Shown here piece after piece: positions 37,457 through 46,952 of a stretch of 64,000 nt of DNA; position 1 is the first letter of the stretch, and each line of letters starts with the position of its first letter. The DNA is taken from contig JAUCBJ010000021.1 of assembly GCA_032718475.1 (NCBI GenBank), positions 41,460 to 105,459 on the forward strand. The letters run 5' to 3'. The notes beneath the pieces are model-generated. The model had not been told where the DNA came from and made no database searches. It was given only the letters and a program-made list of their open reading frames with translations. The DNA comes from Nemertoderma westbladi. Its lineage: Eukaryota; Animalia; Xenacoelomorpha. A program made the translations under genes and the position numbers.

Positions 37457-38707
37457 TTAGGAGTTCGCACGTCTCGCCTGGTGCCTTCCAGGCATATCAC
37501 ATGGAAGTCTTAGTTCGTTCCACCTGTCTTTCCCTCTGTCGTCCTCCTCCCTTGGTCGTTTCCTGGTCGCTGCCGCTCCTTTGGTCTTGTCTCCTTTCAG
37601 ACTCCTGATCCTCGCTGTCACCTCTTTACTAATCCCGGTCGTCGACTCCTTGGGCGCCGGTGTTATTAGCTCCCGGTATCGCTTCGCGGGTGGCCCCTCC
37701 GAGTGGCCCTGTTGTCTCCCCCTGTTGGCGTCCCATAGGATCACTTTCATCGCCCTCGGCACATGCTCCGCCAAGAAATCTCTGAACTCTCCTCTGTTCT
37801 GTGGCGTCCATCTGTCCAAATACCTCTGCGTATTTATCACTCTGGCATACGACGCCGCCATCGCCACTTCCTGGTAGGTAAACGGAAGCCTCCGTTTGAT
37901 AATCTCCATGTGAGCCTCCTGATTGATGTTAAAGAAGCCCCACCGGAACTCCTGGGCCTTCATACGTTGCCGAGTCATGGCCCCGACGTCGGCCCACTCC
38001 TCGAAGATCCTAAACTTCTCTTCGTCGTCCATCCAGTCGCACTGGCGTCCGTAGTGTCCCCGGAAGTTGCACTTCGAACACCGGTTGTGCAACCGTGGAC
38101 ACGCCCCCATCCTGTGGCTCGACTTGCGGCAGTAGAGACAACTAGTCCCTTTCTGGAACCGGTACAAACAGCTCCTTTCCTGATGGGTCTGTCTCCTACA
38201 GTAGTCACAGCCAAGCACCAGTGTCTCCCGCCCCACGTCGTCTTTCGTCCCAAGCGATCTCTGCGGTCTGTGGAGTCGCTGGTAAGCGAACTTCCGGACA
38301 TTAGCGTCCCTGTCTACGTCGATCTCCCCGAATACTACCCGTGGTGCCGTCCCCGGTTGCTCGCCCAACCTGATAGTGCTCCCCGCGAAATCCATCGCCG
38401 GCTCCTCATGCACCCAGGCCCGCTTGCCGGGTCTATCCCAAAAGGCCCTCGCCCCACTGGCCGTCACCACCCTCCCGCCAACCCAGCCCGTGTCCGAGTG
38501 GCCGATCCTCCCGATGGGCGGCATCTCCCCGAACTCGTCGTCGTCCTCGTCCTCCTCTGGCAGTGGCTCCAACCCCGGTATCCCGGTGAACCCACCGTGT
38601 CCCTTCCCGCCTTGGCTCTCGCCCGTAACTTTCCATCCTTCCAGCTCCCCTAGCCTCCTTAGCGGATGATCGCCCTCGGCGCCCGCTGGTATGGGCGTCG
38701 TCTGCAA
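37457..38707 (-). CDS. accessory ORF, C-terminal part with three CCHC zinc knuckles
   Basis: CDYCRRQTHQERSC, CLYCRKSSHRMGAC and CSKCNFRGHYGRQC in a 416-aa open frame, in the same frame as the upstream exonuclease ORF. Confidence 0.75.
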   Translation of the reverse strand: MQTTPIPAGAEGDHPLRRLGELEGWKVTGESQGGKGHGGFTGIPGLEPLPEEDEDDDEFGEMPPIGRIGHSDTGWVGGRVVTASGARAFWDRPGKRAWVHEEPAMDFAGSTIRLGEQPGTAPRVVFGEIDVDRDANVRKFAYQRLHRPQRSLGTKDDVGRETLVLGCDYCRRQTHQERSCLYRFQKGTSCLYCRKSSHRMGACPRLHNRCSKCNFRGHYGRQCDWMDDEEKFRIFEEWADVGAMTRQRMKAQEFRWGFFNINQEAHMEIIKRRLPFTYQEVAMAASYARVINTQRYLDRWTPQNRGEFRDFLAEHVPRAMKVILWDANRGRQQGHSEGPPAKRYRELITPAPKESTTGISKEVTARIRSLKGDKTKGAAATRKRPREEDDRGKDRWNELRLPCDMPGRHQARRANS

Positions 38708-38899
38708 TCCCGACGTCGACTGTTTCGGTGATCCTACCGTCTAACCTAATTCTCGCCCTAGAGACTCCCCCGAAATCCCTGACGATGTCCAACGAAGTTC
38801 GTCTAAGGCCGCCTGTTCCTCGAAGCCGTAGCTCTGTGCCCTAGCTTCCTCCTCCCTTTCCTCTGCTTCTCTCCTCTCCTGTCTAGCAATTTCTTCCAA

Positions 38900-39850
38900 T
38901 CACTTCGCCTCTTGTCTATCCGCCTCTAGCTGCTCCCATCTCTGATACCGCGTATCTACCTCCCTGTCTACCAGATGTCGGCTGTTATAGTACACCGACT
39001 CGCCCTTCAGCCCCGGGTGGTCTACCAGACCCTCAAAAGCCGTCTTAAAGGCTCTTCTGTAGCCTAGGGGTGATCCCAATAATAGGAATGCCGTTGGTTC
39101 CCTCTCGATAACCACGGTCATGAATAGGTTAAGCAAACCCATCATTATCCAGTCCTCCTGTAGGATATATCGCTTCTGTAGGATACCTGTAGGATTTATC
39201 GCTCCTCTCCGGAATTGATACACCTCTTGTTTCCCTGGCCTCGCTCCCCACTTCAGCAAGTTCGCCAAGTCCGCTCCGTATTCCTCTCTGAACTTGCCCC
39301 AATCCATCGGTTTATGACACACGAGCCCCATTAGCTGGCCCATTGCCACCGCCCCGCAATGTCCTGTGTTCTCCACTAGTCCCAACCCATCTGGTGCTGT
39401 CATAGCCATGTAGACCGTCTGCATATCCAGAAGGTTGGGGGTGTCCGGACCGATGATTCTCTCCGCATCGTCGCGAATTGCCGATCCCACTTTCATCGTC
39501 GACTTCTCTCTCACTAGTGTTTGCACCGCCTTCGGCAACCGGTTCAACTTCGGCCCGTCCTTCTTTCCATATGTCCCTAGATCGAATAGGAATATATCCC
39601 CATTTGGCGTGGCCAAATGTAGGAGTATGGTTCTGGCCGACCCCGCCGGTCCTCTCCTCGAACCCTCCTCGTCTTCCACGGTCCCTTCATCGTCTAGGAC
39701 CATGTATCCTTCTCTGCTGACGGACTCTACGAACCTCTTCCAATCTTTCCTCGGTGGCTCTCTCGCGTACTTCGGAATCCCGAACTTCGCCTCGCATCCT
39801 TTCACCACGTAGTGGAAATGCTTGAAGATCGCGGCGTCCCGTAGGTCCCG
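38900..39850 (-). CDS. accessory ORF, DEDDy 3'-5' exonuclease (WRN/EXD/RNase D-like) domain
   Basis: ExoI-like YMVLDDEG, then ILLHLATPNGDIFLFDL..LPKAVQTLV, ExoII-like KVGSAIRDDAERI, LLDMQ, and ExoIII-like QKRYILQED. Confidence 0.78.
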   Translation of the reverse strand, partial: RDLRDAAIFKHFHYVVKGCEAKFGIPKYAREPPRKDWKRFVESVSREGYMVLDDEGTVEDEEGSRRGPAGSARTILLHLATPNGDIFLFDLGTYGKKDGPKLNRLPKAVQTLVREKSTMKVGSAIRDDAERIIGPDTPNLLDMQTVYMAMTAPDGLGLVENTGHCGAVAMGQLMGLVCHKPMDWGKFREEYGADLANLLKWGARPGKQEVYQFRRGAINPTGILQKRYILQEDWIMMGLLNLFMTVVIEREPTAFLLLGSPLGYRRAFKTAFEGLVDHPGLKGESVYYNSRHLVDREVDTRYQRWEQLEADRQEAK

Positions 39851-40125
39851 ACCAGCCGCTGTTCGTGCACCTCCCTGAAATGGTCTTGTAGCGCTCGCGC
39901 TCCGTGACCTCTCTCTAACCGCTCGTAGTATCCCCTCGTCTTCTCTTCCGGATGCCTCTTGGTGAGATCCACCAGTATCTCCTTTCCTCCTGACACCGCC
40001 TTTCTCTTTCTGATCAGTTTCCCTGCCATTCCGAACTCTCTCACTCGCTCACCTGTAAGGTGGTGCCTTGCCAAGGCGCAGTACTGATGAGTGATAAGGT
40101 TAAGATGGTCTATACAGTTCGACAA
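39802..40125 (-). CDS. probable N-terminal piece of the accessory ORF (frameshifted)
   Basis: GC-rich open frame overlapping the start of the exonuclease frame. No recognisable domain. Confidence 0.45.
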   Translation of the reverse strand: MSNCIDHLNLITHQYCALARHHLTGERVREFGMAGKLIRKRKAVSGGKEILVDLTKRHPEEKTRGYYERLERGHGARALQDHFREVHEQRLVGTYGTPRSSSISTTW

Positions 40126-40529
40126 TGGCCTATTTCTTACTTAATTTTGAGTTATAGCCTAATTTTTACTAGTTAATTCCTAAAACTGTCAAATTGTACC
40201 CTAAATTGCAATTTTGTCCGTTACTTTAATTATGTTCCAGAATTTTCTTTCTACTGTTACCATCATTTATCTAATTTCTAATTCTATTAATTATTATTTA
40301 AATTTAATCGTACTGTGCTACTATCGTACTACTGTGCTACTACTTACTTATTATTGCCGATGGATTACCCTATTTCATAATCCACATTCTGGCCTACTCT
40401 GTGGGCTTGTGCAGTACAACAGTATGGATCGCGTGGCCTACACGATTTATCCAGCTGTACTCATATGCCCCCCTCTCGCTGCTCACTACTAACTATTATC
40501 TACATTATACATACCCTTCTACCACTAAC

Positions 40530-41020
40530 TCTTACTAACCAGTACTATGTACCCTCTTACTAACTTTTAACTAACTTATACTAACCGGTACTACGTACCC
40601 TCTTACTAACCTCTAACTCCACTAACTAACTAACGGTACTACGTACCCTCTTACTAACTCTAACTCTCTCCAACCAACTAACGGTACTACGTACCCTCTT
40701 ACTAACCTCTAACTCCACTAACTAACTAATGGTACTACGTACCCTCTTACTAACTCTTACTATCTCTAACTAACAGTACTACGTACCCTCTTACTAACTC
40801 TTACTCTCTCTAACTAATGGTACTATGTACCCTCTTACTAGCTCTTACTATCTCTAACTAATGGTACTACGTACCCTCTTACTAACTCTTACTCTCTCTA
40901 ACTAACGGTACTACCTACCCTCTTACTAGCTCTTACTATCTCTAACTAACGGTACTATGTACCCTCTTACTACTAACTCCTAATGGTACTACGTACCTTC
41001 TAACTACTTAACTAACTAAC
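40530..41020. repeat. tandem array (~11 copies, ~44-48 bp) inside BEL element 2
   Basis: Conserved core GGTACTACGTACCCTCTTACTA separated by CTAA/CTCT-rich linkers. Confidence 0.92.
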
Positions 41021-41489
41021 TTCCATCTGCCTACTTACTCTCTTTATTTATTTATTATTTTTTTTATATTTTATGTGTGGGAAGGGCGTCTCGCCCTCAA
41101 TTCCACCCCCCTCAGTCCAAAACTTGGACGACTAAACGCTAGGGTGCTCCCTCCAGAAGGCAGCTCTCCCACTGCCCCCCTGTAGGACCTCTAACTCTTC
41201 GCCCCGCTCTCCCTGTCAATTCCAACTCTCTTGGAATTGACCTTCTCTTTTCTCCTGTCCTTAAATTTGGTAAGTGCTGCCTTCTCTCTATGTCTCTGAT
41301 TTCCTCGTGGTCATCCCATGGCGGCAAAGTGCCACCCTTCAACTTGTCGTTCGGCGGTATAATGCCGCCCCTGTTTTCATCCTTGATCTTAGATGCCACC
41401 TCTGCTGGCCTCCCCCTTAATATGTGCGCTGGCATTAAAGACCTCGACGACCCCCGTTCGTCCTTCGGCATAGACGATGTCTGCGTATG

Positions 41490-44400
41490 TTATGCCCCCT
41501 CGCACTCTGTCAGTCCCGCGTGCGTATGCAACACGCCTCCTACTTTCCTGACTCCTTTATTATGTTTACTCATGGGCTTCTCTGCCCCTGGTCTAATCCT
41601 CTCACATCCTCTCCCTTTCCATTTTGTCTTCTTACTCGACCTCCCCCTTGTCGGTATGCCTCCCAACCGGACCGGCGTCTCTTCCGGACACTCCTCTGAA
41701 CACTCCTCCGGACTATTGTCCTCCTGACACTCCACCGGACACTCCTCCGGTTTGTCCTCCAGACATCTCGCCGTCCGCTCCTCTCCATCTCCATACCGAT
41801 ACTTGCTGCGACCCTTGTTCCAACCCATTGTCTCTAAATCTTCTGCATCCAAGCCATTCTCCTCCGCCCACTCTCTTGGTGTTGCTTCCACTTCTAGCTG
41901 CACTTCTAGCTGTCTCCCCCTATCGCCCGTCTCTGGCCTCTCCTCTACCTCCTCAACAGTCCCTGGCACCATGCACCCTGAACTCTCAGACACATGGAAT
42001 GGTATATTGGTTTTGATTGGGCCGGTTAGCGTCCACCCGAATGGTGTCAAAATCGCCACCGGGTCACACTGCCTGTCTTCGCCGAAGACCGTTTGTATTC
42101 TCTCGTGGGCCGTCGGGCAGTCCATTCCTACTATAATGGATACCTTCCTAACGTCCACCTCTGGGATTGAGAAGTCGATACTGTCCAGGAATTTGTATTG
42201 TTCGACCTCGATGTTGGTTGGCTGCCTGGCGTTGATATTTATCGACTCTATCACCTGGATGGGGTCGATGGTCGCCCCATAGTCGCATCCCGGTGCTATC
42301 GCTGCTATTGCGCACCGTCCGGTCCTCATCTCCAGAACCTCATCTTTGCTGGAGATGGTTGTTACCGCCATTCTACTTGGCCTCGTTCTCAATCCTATCT
42401 CTTCGGCCACCCAATCCTCAACTAAGGTGAAGGCTGCACCACTGTCGACCAGCATCAGTGTGGTTACTGATCGATTGCCTTCCCCGATTATCCTTACTGG
42501 TACTACCCCTAATAGTACCGTTCCTCTCTTCCTCGCCACTACGGTGCTTGTTGCCATCGTCTGACCTTTACTTTGACCGAACTTAATTGGCGTTTCCTTG
42601 CATTGGCTGGCTCTATGTCCACTCATCACACATCGCGAGCAGATTTCATTCCTTCTCGCGTATTCTACCTGATCTTCCCTGGGTAGTGCTTGCCAGTACC
42701 TGCAGTTCATGGTCTGATGAAGTGCATTTGTATGTAGTTGGCATTTGCTCTTTGGGTTGTAGCCATCCTTATAAAGTGCGTTGCATATCGCACTTATATT
42801 TGTACCAAAGTCCCTACTATTCTTATTGTTTGGGTTCGGCCTACTGGGCGTGCTGGGGTTATGTTTATTTGTGTTGTTATTTTTCCCCTGTCCGCTCCAT
42901 GATGTGGTCTTACCCCCGGCTACTTGTGGACTGGTAGTCCCCTGCATTGCTGCGTACGGCAGTGACTGTCTGAGCTTTGGCAATGCGTTCGACGCGTTGT
43001 GCTCTGGTTTCGGCCTGTGGTAATCGGTCTTTGGTCCCTTTCCCAGGCTATCCTCGCTATAGACTGGGTCCGTTATAAGTTCAGCTTCATAGTTTAAGAA
43101 GCTCGACATCTCTTCTAAACCCGGTTCCGCACCCTTCCTATCTCGAGTGGTGAAAGCGATTTTTCTCCACTTATTGCGCAGCCAAATCGGTAGTGCCTGC
43201 GCTATCGTAGTGATGTTGTTAGACGCGTTGAGTTCGTATGGCGCGTCCAGCGTCTTTAGTACGATTAGCGCCTTCTCGACTTTGTTAGCGAATGTCTTTA
43301 TGCTAACGGGGTTATCCTGTAGGCCACCCGATGTTATACCTCTCAGGGTCTGCCGGATGATCTTGGCCGGGTGCCCATATTCCCTGTCTAACGCCCGCCA
43401 TGCCGTCGTGAAGCCGCCCTCAATGCCCTGGTATTGCCTCACGATGTCGTATGCTGGGCCTCCTGTATACACTTGTAGATACTTTAGGCACTCCGCCTGC
43501 GTCAAATTCTTTGTTAATATTTCATTACTATACATGCGCCGAAACTGTAGGTATTCTTCCGGCCTACTTCCATCGAATTTGAATGGTTCCACGGGTGGTA
43601 ACTCGATCCTGGTCTTTAATGCATCGATTAACGTGGCCATCCCCATCGCTTGCGCTTCCAATGGGTTCGATGGATGCTGTATAGGTTCTCCCGTTGGGTG
43701 CGGTCCGTTCGTCCTGTCTGCCGCTTTCCTCTGACTTGGATATATCATTGGGGGTAGCGGCCCCCTCCATATTTCTGTGTCGCACGATCTATTCTCGTCC
43801 AAGGGGTTCGATGTTCTTACTCCTATTGGGGTATATTGTTGATATTGTGATGGGGGAATGTCACCCTGTCCCCCCCCCCCCCCCACCGGTATGTTTGGTA
43901 CTGGGGTTGATGTTAATATATTGGGGCCCATACACCTATCCGCAATAATTCTCCCCTCCCCTGGGTATATGTTATGTCCCTGCATGCTGTAGTCATACTG
44001 CTGTGCTGGTACCGGTATAGGCCTATCTACTTCTGGCCTACCTGCCGGTATGTACTCCGCGACTTCCGGGTTTAATCCCGTTGTCCGCGCTATCCTATCG
44101 CCTACATTATCTCTCCCAGCATGGCCTATGGTATGTGCAGTAAGGCCTACAGTATGTCCTGCAGTCTGTATGTGTCGCTCGGGATCAAAGTTTATCCTTC
44201 TCGAATAATCCTCCCCGCGGCTACCGTATTCTCGATCGGTAGGTATATCCCGTCGGGAAGTTTCTCTTCGACCCCCTCTACTGCTCTCGTCCTCGTGCCG
44301 GTACATCCTGTACCCCTCTCTCTGCGCGCAATACGCCTCGTCAGGTCGCGTTTCTCCGGGACGACGGCAATCTCCCGAAGTTCGACCCCACTGACTCTCC

Positions 44401-44612
44401 GTCTCCATCTCTACTACCGACGGCTCGCTATCCGTCCTCGCTCTCCTGTCGTTCGCGGCGACACTTCTTCTACTCTCTTCCTTTCTTCTCTCTGTAGTGC
44501 AGTATCCCCGGTCGTGAGATCTCTCGTCGACCTCCCGGTTAAACTCCACTGTTCTTCTTCCCTCCTCTGATCTGGGCTCGACTTCTCGTCGCCCGCCCTC
44601 TCGCGACGTCAA
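41490..44612 (-). CDS. gag: BEL/Pao Gag core, zinc knuckles and aspartic protease; no RT follows
   Basis: LPPVEPFKFDG..YLQVYTGGPA..AWRALDREYG, LPIWLRNKWRK, CQLH..H..C, CSRCVMSGHRASQC, LVDSGA, IIVGMD and TPFGWTLTGP, followed by a low-complexity tail. Confidence 0.92.
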   Translation of the reverse strand: MTSREGGRREVEPRSEEGRRTVEFNREVDERSHDRGYCTTERRKEESRRSVAANDRRARTDSEPSVVEMETESQWGRTSGDCRRPGETRPDEAYCAQREGYRMYRHEDESSRGGRRETSRRDIPTDREYGSRGEDYSRRINFDPERHIQTAGHTVGLTAHTIGHAGRDNVGDRIARTTGLNPEVAEYIPAGRPEVDRPIPVPAQQYDYSMQGHNIYPGEGRIIADRCMGPNILTSTPVPNIPVGGGGGQGDIPPSQYQQYTPIGVRTSNPLDENRSCDTEIWRGPLPPMIYPSQRKAADRTNGPHPTGEPIQHPSNPLEAQAMGMATLIDALKTRIELPPVEPFKFDGSRPEEYLQFRRMYSNEILTKNLTQAECLKYLQVYTGGPAYDIVRQYQGIEGGFTTAWRALDREYGHPAKIIRQTLRGITSGGLQDNPVSIKTFANKVEKALIVLKTLDAPYELNASNNITTIAQALPIWLRNKWRKIAFTTRDRKGAEPGLEEMSSFLNYEAELITDPVYSEDSLGKGPKTDYHRPKPEHNASNALPKLRQSLPYAAMQGTTSPQVAGGKTTSWSGQGKNNNTNKHNPSTPSRPNPNNKNSRDFGTNISAICNALYKDGYNPKSKCQLHTNALHQTMNCRYWQALPREDQVEYARRNEICSRCVMSGHRASQCKETPIKFGQSKGQTMATSTVVARKRGTVLLGVVPVRIIGEGNRSVTTLMLVDSGAAFTLVEDWVAEEIGLRTRPSRMAVTTISSKDEVLEMRTGRCAIAAIAPGCDYGATIDPIQVIESININARQPTNIEVEQYKFLDSIDFSIPEVDVRKVSIIVGMDCPTAHERIQTVFGEDRQCDPVAILTPFGWTLTGPIKTNIPFHVSESSGCMVPGTVEEVEERPETGDRGRQLEVQLEVEATPREWAEENGLDAEDLETMGWNKGRSKYRYGDGEERTARCLEDKPEECPVECQEDNSPEECSEECPEETPVRLGGIPTRGRSSKKTKWKGRGCERIRPGAEKPMSKHNKGVRKVGGVLHTHAGLTECEGA

Positions 44613-44767
44613 CCTGTCTCTCTCTGCCCGATCGCACGCCGCTGGGGATACTCGTAATCCCCCTACTATTCTCCATCGCCGGGTGCGTGCGGTTCACCTA
44701 ATTCACCCCGCGCACTATCCGCCGACGCTTGTGGGACACTCTTTGCCCCCCCCCCCCCTGCTCGCCG

Positions 44768-45424
44768 CTAATCTCTCGTTGTGGGGCTCCTATAGCCCCC
44801 CCCCCACTCGCCACCTATTACTTCACTATCTCTCACTTCAACTCCACACCCCTCTCTAGTCGACACACTAACCCTACTGCGGCTGGGTCTATTCACCCCC
44901 GCCTCTCTCTCTGCTACTGTGTGGCCTACCAGGCCCTCTACTTCCTGCCTACTAACTACGTGGCCTACCAGGCCCTCATCGGGTTGACTCAACCCCGCTA
45001 CTTCCTGCCTACTAACTACGTGGCCTACCAGGCCCTCATCGGGTTGACTCAACCCCGCCAATCCCTGCCTATTAACTGCGTGGCCTACCAGGTCCTCGTT
45101 TGTCGGGCCGTCTGCGCCCGCCGCGTTTATATTAATAGCACCATTACTAGTATCACCTGTTAAATCAATTAAATCCTCCAAATCAATTAAATTATTTTGC
45201 ACGCCTAAATTAGAAACGGAATTATTTTGTTCGTTCGAAATAAGATTATTTGAATTATTTTGCGTATTTATATTATTTGAATTATTTTGTAAATTCAGAT
45301 TTAGATTATTTGAATTAGGACTATTTGTATTATTCGGATTATTTGAATTATTTGTATTTAAATTTAAATTACTACTACTAGGTAAAATATTTCCTGCAAT
45401 GAAAGTTTGGTTAGAATTATCCAA
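44768..45424 (-). CDS. Asn-rich low-complexity segment, probably a frameshifted part of Gag
   Basis: Open 218-aa frame with an NNSNN-rich region and a 60-bp repeat, flanked by long C/G homopolymers. Confidence 0.5.
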   Translation of the reverse strand: MDNSNQTFIAGNILPSSSNLNLNTNNSNNPNNTNSPNSNNLNLNLQNNSNNINTQNNSNNLISNEQNNSVSNLGVQNNLIDLEDLIDLTGDTSNGAININAAGADGPTNEDLVGHAVNRQGLAGLSQPDEGLVGHVVSRQEVAGLSQPDEGLVGHVVSRQEVEGLVGHTVAEREAGVNRPSRSRVSVSTREGCGVEVRDSEVIGGEWGGGYRSPTTRD

Positions 45425-45468
45425 TACGAGTACTTTTATCGGTAATATTAACGTTATCTACTGTATTA

Positions 45469-46854
45469 TTACCCCCCCCCCCCCCCGCCCGTACGGTCAC
45501 ACCAGTCCTGGGTCTGTCGTGCGGTCCCTGTAAGTGGGGTATTAATAAACGTTTTCCTAACTCCCGGCTCCTCGTAAATACTCGAGCCAGTCTCGCTCTC
45601 TGATAGCCCCATCTGCGCCAGTTCCAGTCTGCGCTTCTGTTTGGCTTGATATTGAATAAGCCCCCTTAGGCGGGCATGCAAATCATCCCGCACACGCTTC
45701 CCCGTTGCCTCTCTTTCCAAATCCTCCCGCGCACTCTGGTCGGCTAATTCCGCCTCTCTCGCAACTCTCTCCAGTCGTCTCACCTCGCGCTCTTTTCGCT
45801 CGCTCTGCTCTCTCGCCTCACGCTCTTCACGTCTATTCTGCTCTCTCGCCTCATTCGCCGCCTCGCGCTCTTCTTGCTCCTTCCTTTCTATCCTCCCTAT
45901 TTCCTCGCACTCCTTAAAGCTTCTCGCGACCTTCTCGGCCCTCTCTCTGTTCACTCTAACCAGTTCTTTCTCCTTCTCTAATAACGCACTCCCTTCCTCT
46001 AACTGTCTCTCTAGTTCTCTCTGGTCTAGCACCGCCAGATCGAGCTGGCACGCCAGATCTATTTCCCGCACCCGTCTTTCTTTTGCGGAGGATGTAGCAG
46101 ACTTATCGGTCGCGACGGACTCCCGTCGCCTTCCCGTCCTACTAACTTTCCCCCGCCTCCCGGAATTTTCCCCGACCGACGAGACCGAATCCTCGGGGTT
46201 AACCTCGGATTCGCTCTCCTGCGGTCTCCTCCAACCCACTAATTTTACTCCCCGGGCATCGACTAAGTATGGCCCTACGTACACTACGCTAGGTTCCATA
46301 CCCCTACATTCCCATAGTTCAAACAGTTCGGTGGCAACCCCTCTCGCTCTCTCATCGGCTAGTTCTCCCTGCCCAAAGCGCATTAAGTAATCAAAATGTT
46401 TATTCGACTCACCTAGCCGCTTCTCTAACTTCACCTCGTCTATCTTGGCCCCTCCTTTGGCTTCTCTCAGCTGCTTCCGGGTCGCGGCGTAGGCTCGTCG
46501 GAGCCGGTCGCTGACCCCGACGTCCTCGTCGCCGACGTCTCCTTTATCCCTCCGTGTCCGGCGTCGTACCGGCGGCCCCACCGTCGCCGTTCCGGTGGGC
46601 CGTCCGTCGCCCTCGGCCTGTGGCTGGCCGGCGACATCGGCACGTCGACCGCCGCTGTATGTCGACTCATCTCTCTTCTCTCTCGACTCGTCTCCTCGTT
46701 GTAGACGGCCCCCCTCCTCTTGGATTGCCGGATCGCCTCTGGTCGACGAATCCGGCGTCGTGGGTCGGTACCGTCGCGTCGCGGCCTCGCGGATCGTTAG
46801 GTCTTTATCATCGTCCGGGGTCCGCGGCGGTGTCGTTTCTCTTTCTCGACTCAT
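45469..46854 (-). CDS. Gag N-terminal charged coiled-coil region
   Basis: ATG ~100 bp after the 5' LTR, VNPEDSVS motif and R/E-rich coiled coil. The frame ends in a poly-G run. Confidence 0.75.
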   Translation of the reverse strand: MSRERETTPPRTPDDDKDLTIREAATRRYRPTTPDSSTRGDPAIQEEGGRLQRGDESREKRDESTYSGGRRADVAGQPQAEGDGRPTGTATVGPPVRRRTRRDKGDVGDEDVGVSDRLRRAYAATRKQLREAKGGAKIDEVKLEKRLGESNKHFDYLMRFGQGELADERARGVATELFELWECRGMEPSVVYVGPYLVDARGVKLVGWRRPQESESEVNPEDSVSSVGENSGRRGKVSRTGRRRESVATDKSATSSAKERRVREIDLACQLDLAVLDQRELERQLEEGSALLEKEKELVRVNRERAEKVARSFKECEEIGRIERKEQEEREAANEAREQNRREEREAREQSERKEREVRRLERVAREAELADQSAREDLEREATGKRVRDDLHARLRGLIQYQAKQKRRLELAQMGLSESETGSSIYEEPGVRKTFINTPLTGTARQTQDWCDRTGGGGGG

Positions 46855-46952
46855 CTTTTGGCTCTTTCAGCTGGCAGTTAGAGTTAGAGTTCTCTTTACT
46901 TAGGGCAGCGGTAGCAGGTTTTAATCACTTAGGGCAGCTTGGCTCTAATCAC

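Noticed and set aside
37763-38669. Plus-strand ORFs of 296 and 97 aa
   Set aside because: Antisense shadows of the GC-rich zinc-knuckle ORF with no motifs.
4092-38902. Recurrent in-frame TGA (4092, 27825, 38900) suggesting UGA recoding
   Set aside because: They fall at positions expected to be different residues in decaying TEs that also have frameshifts, and Trp is encoded by TGG in host exons. Point mutation suffices.
40530-41020. Repeat-spacer appearance suggesting CRISPR
   Set aside because: The linkers are related low-complexity variants of each other and lie inside an LTR element.
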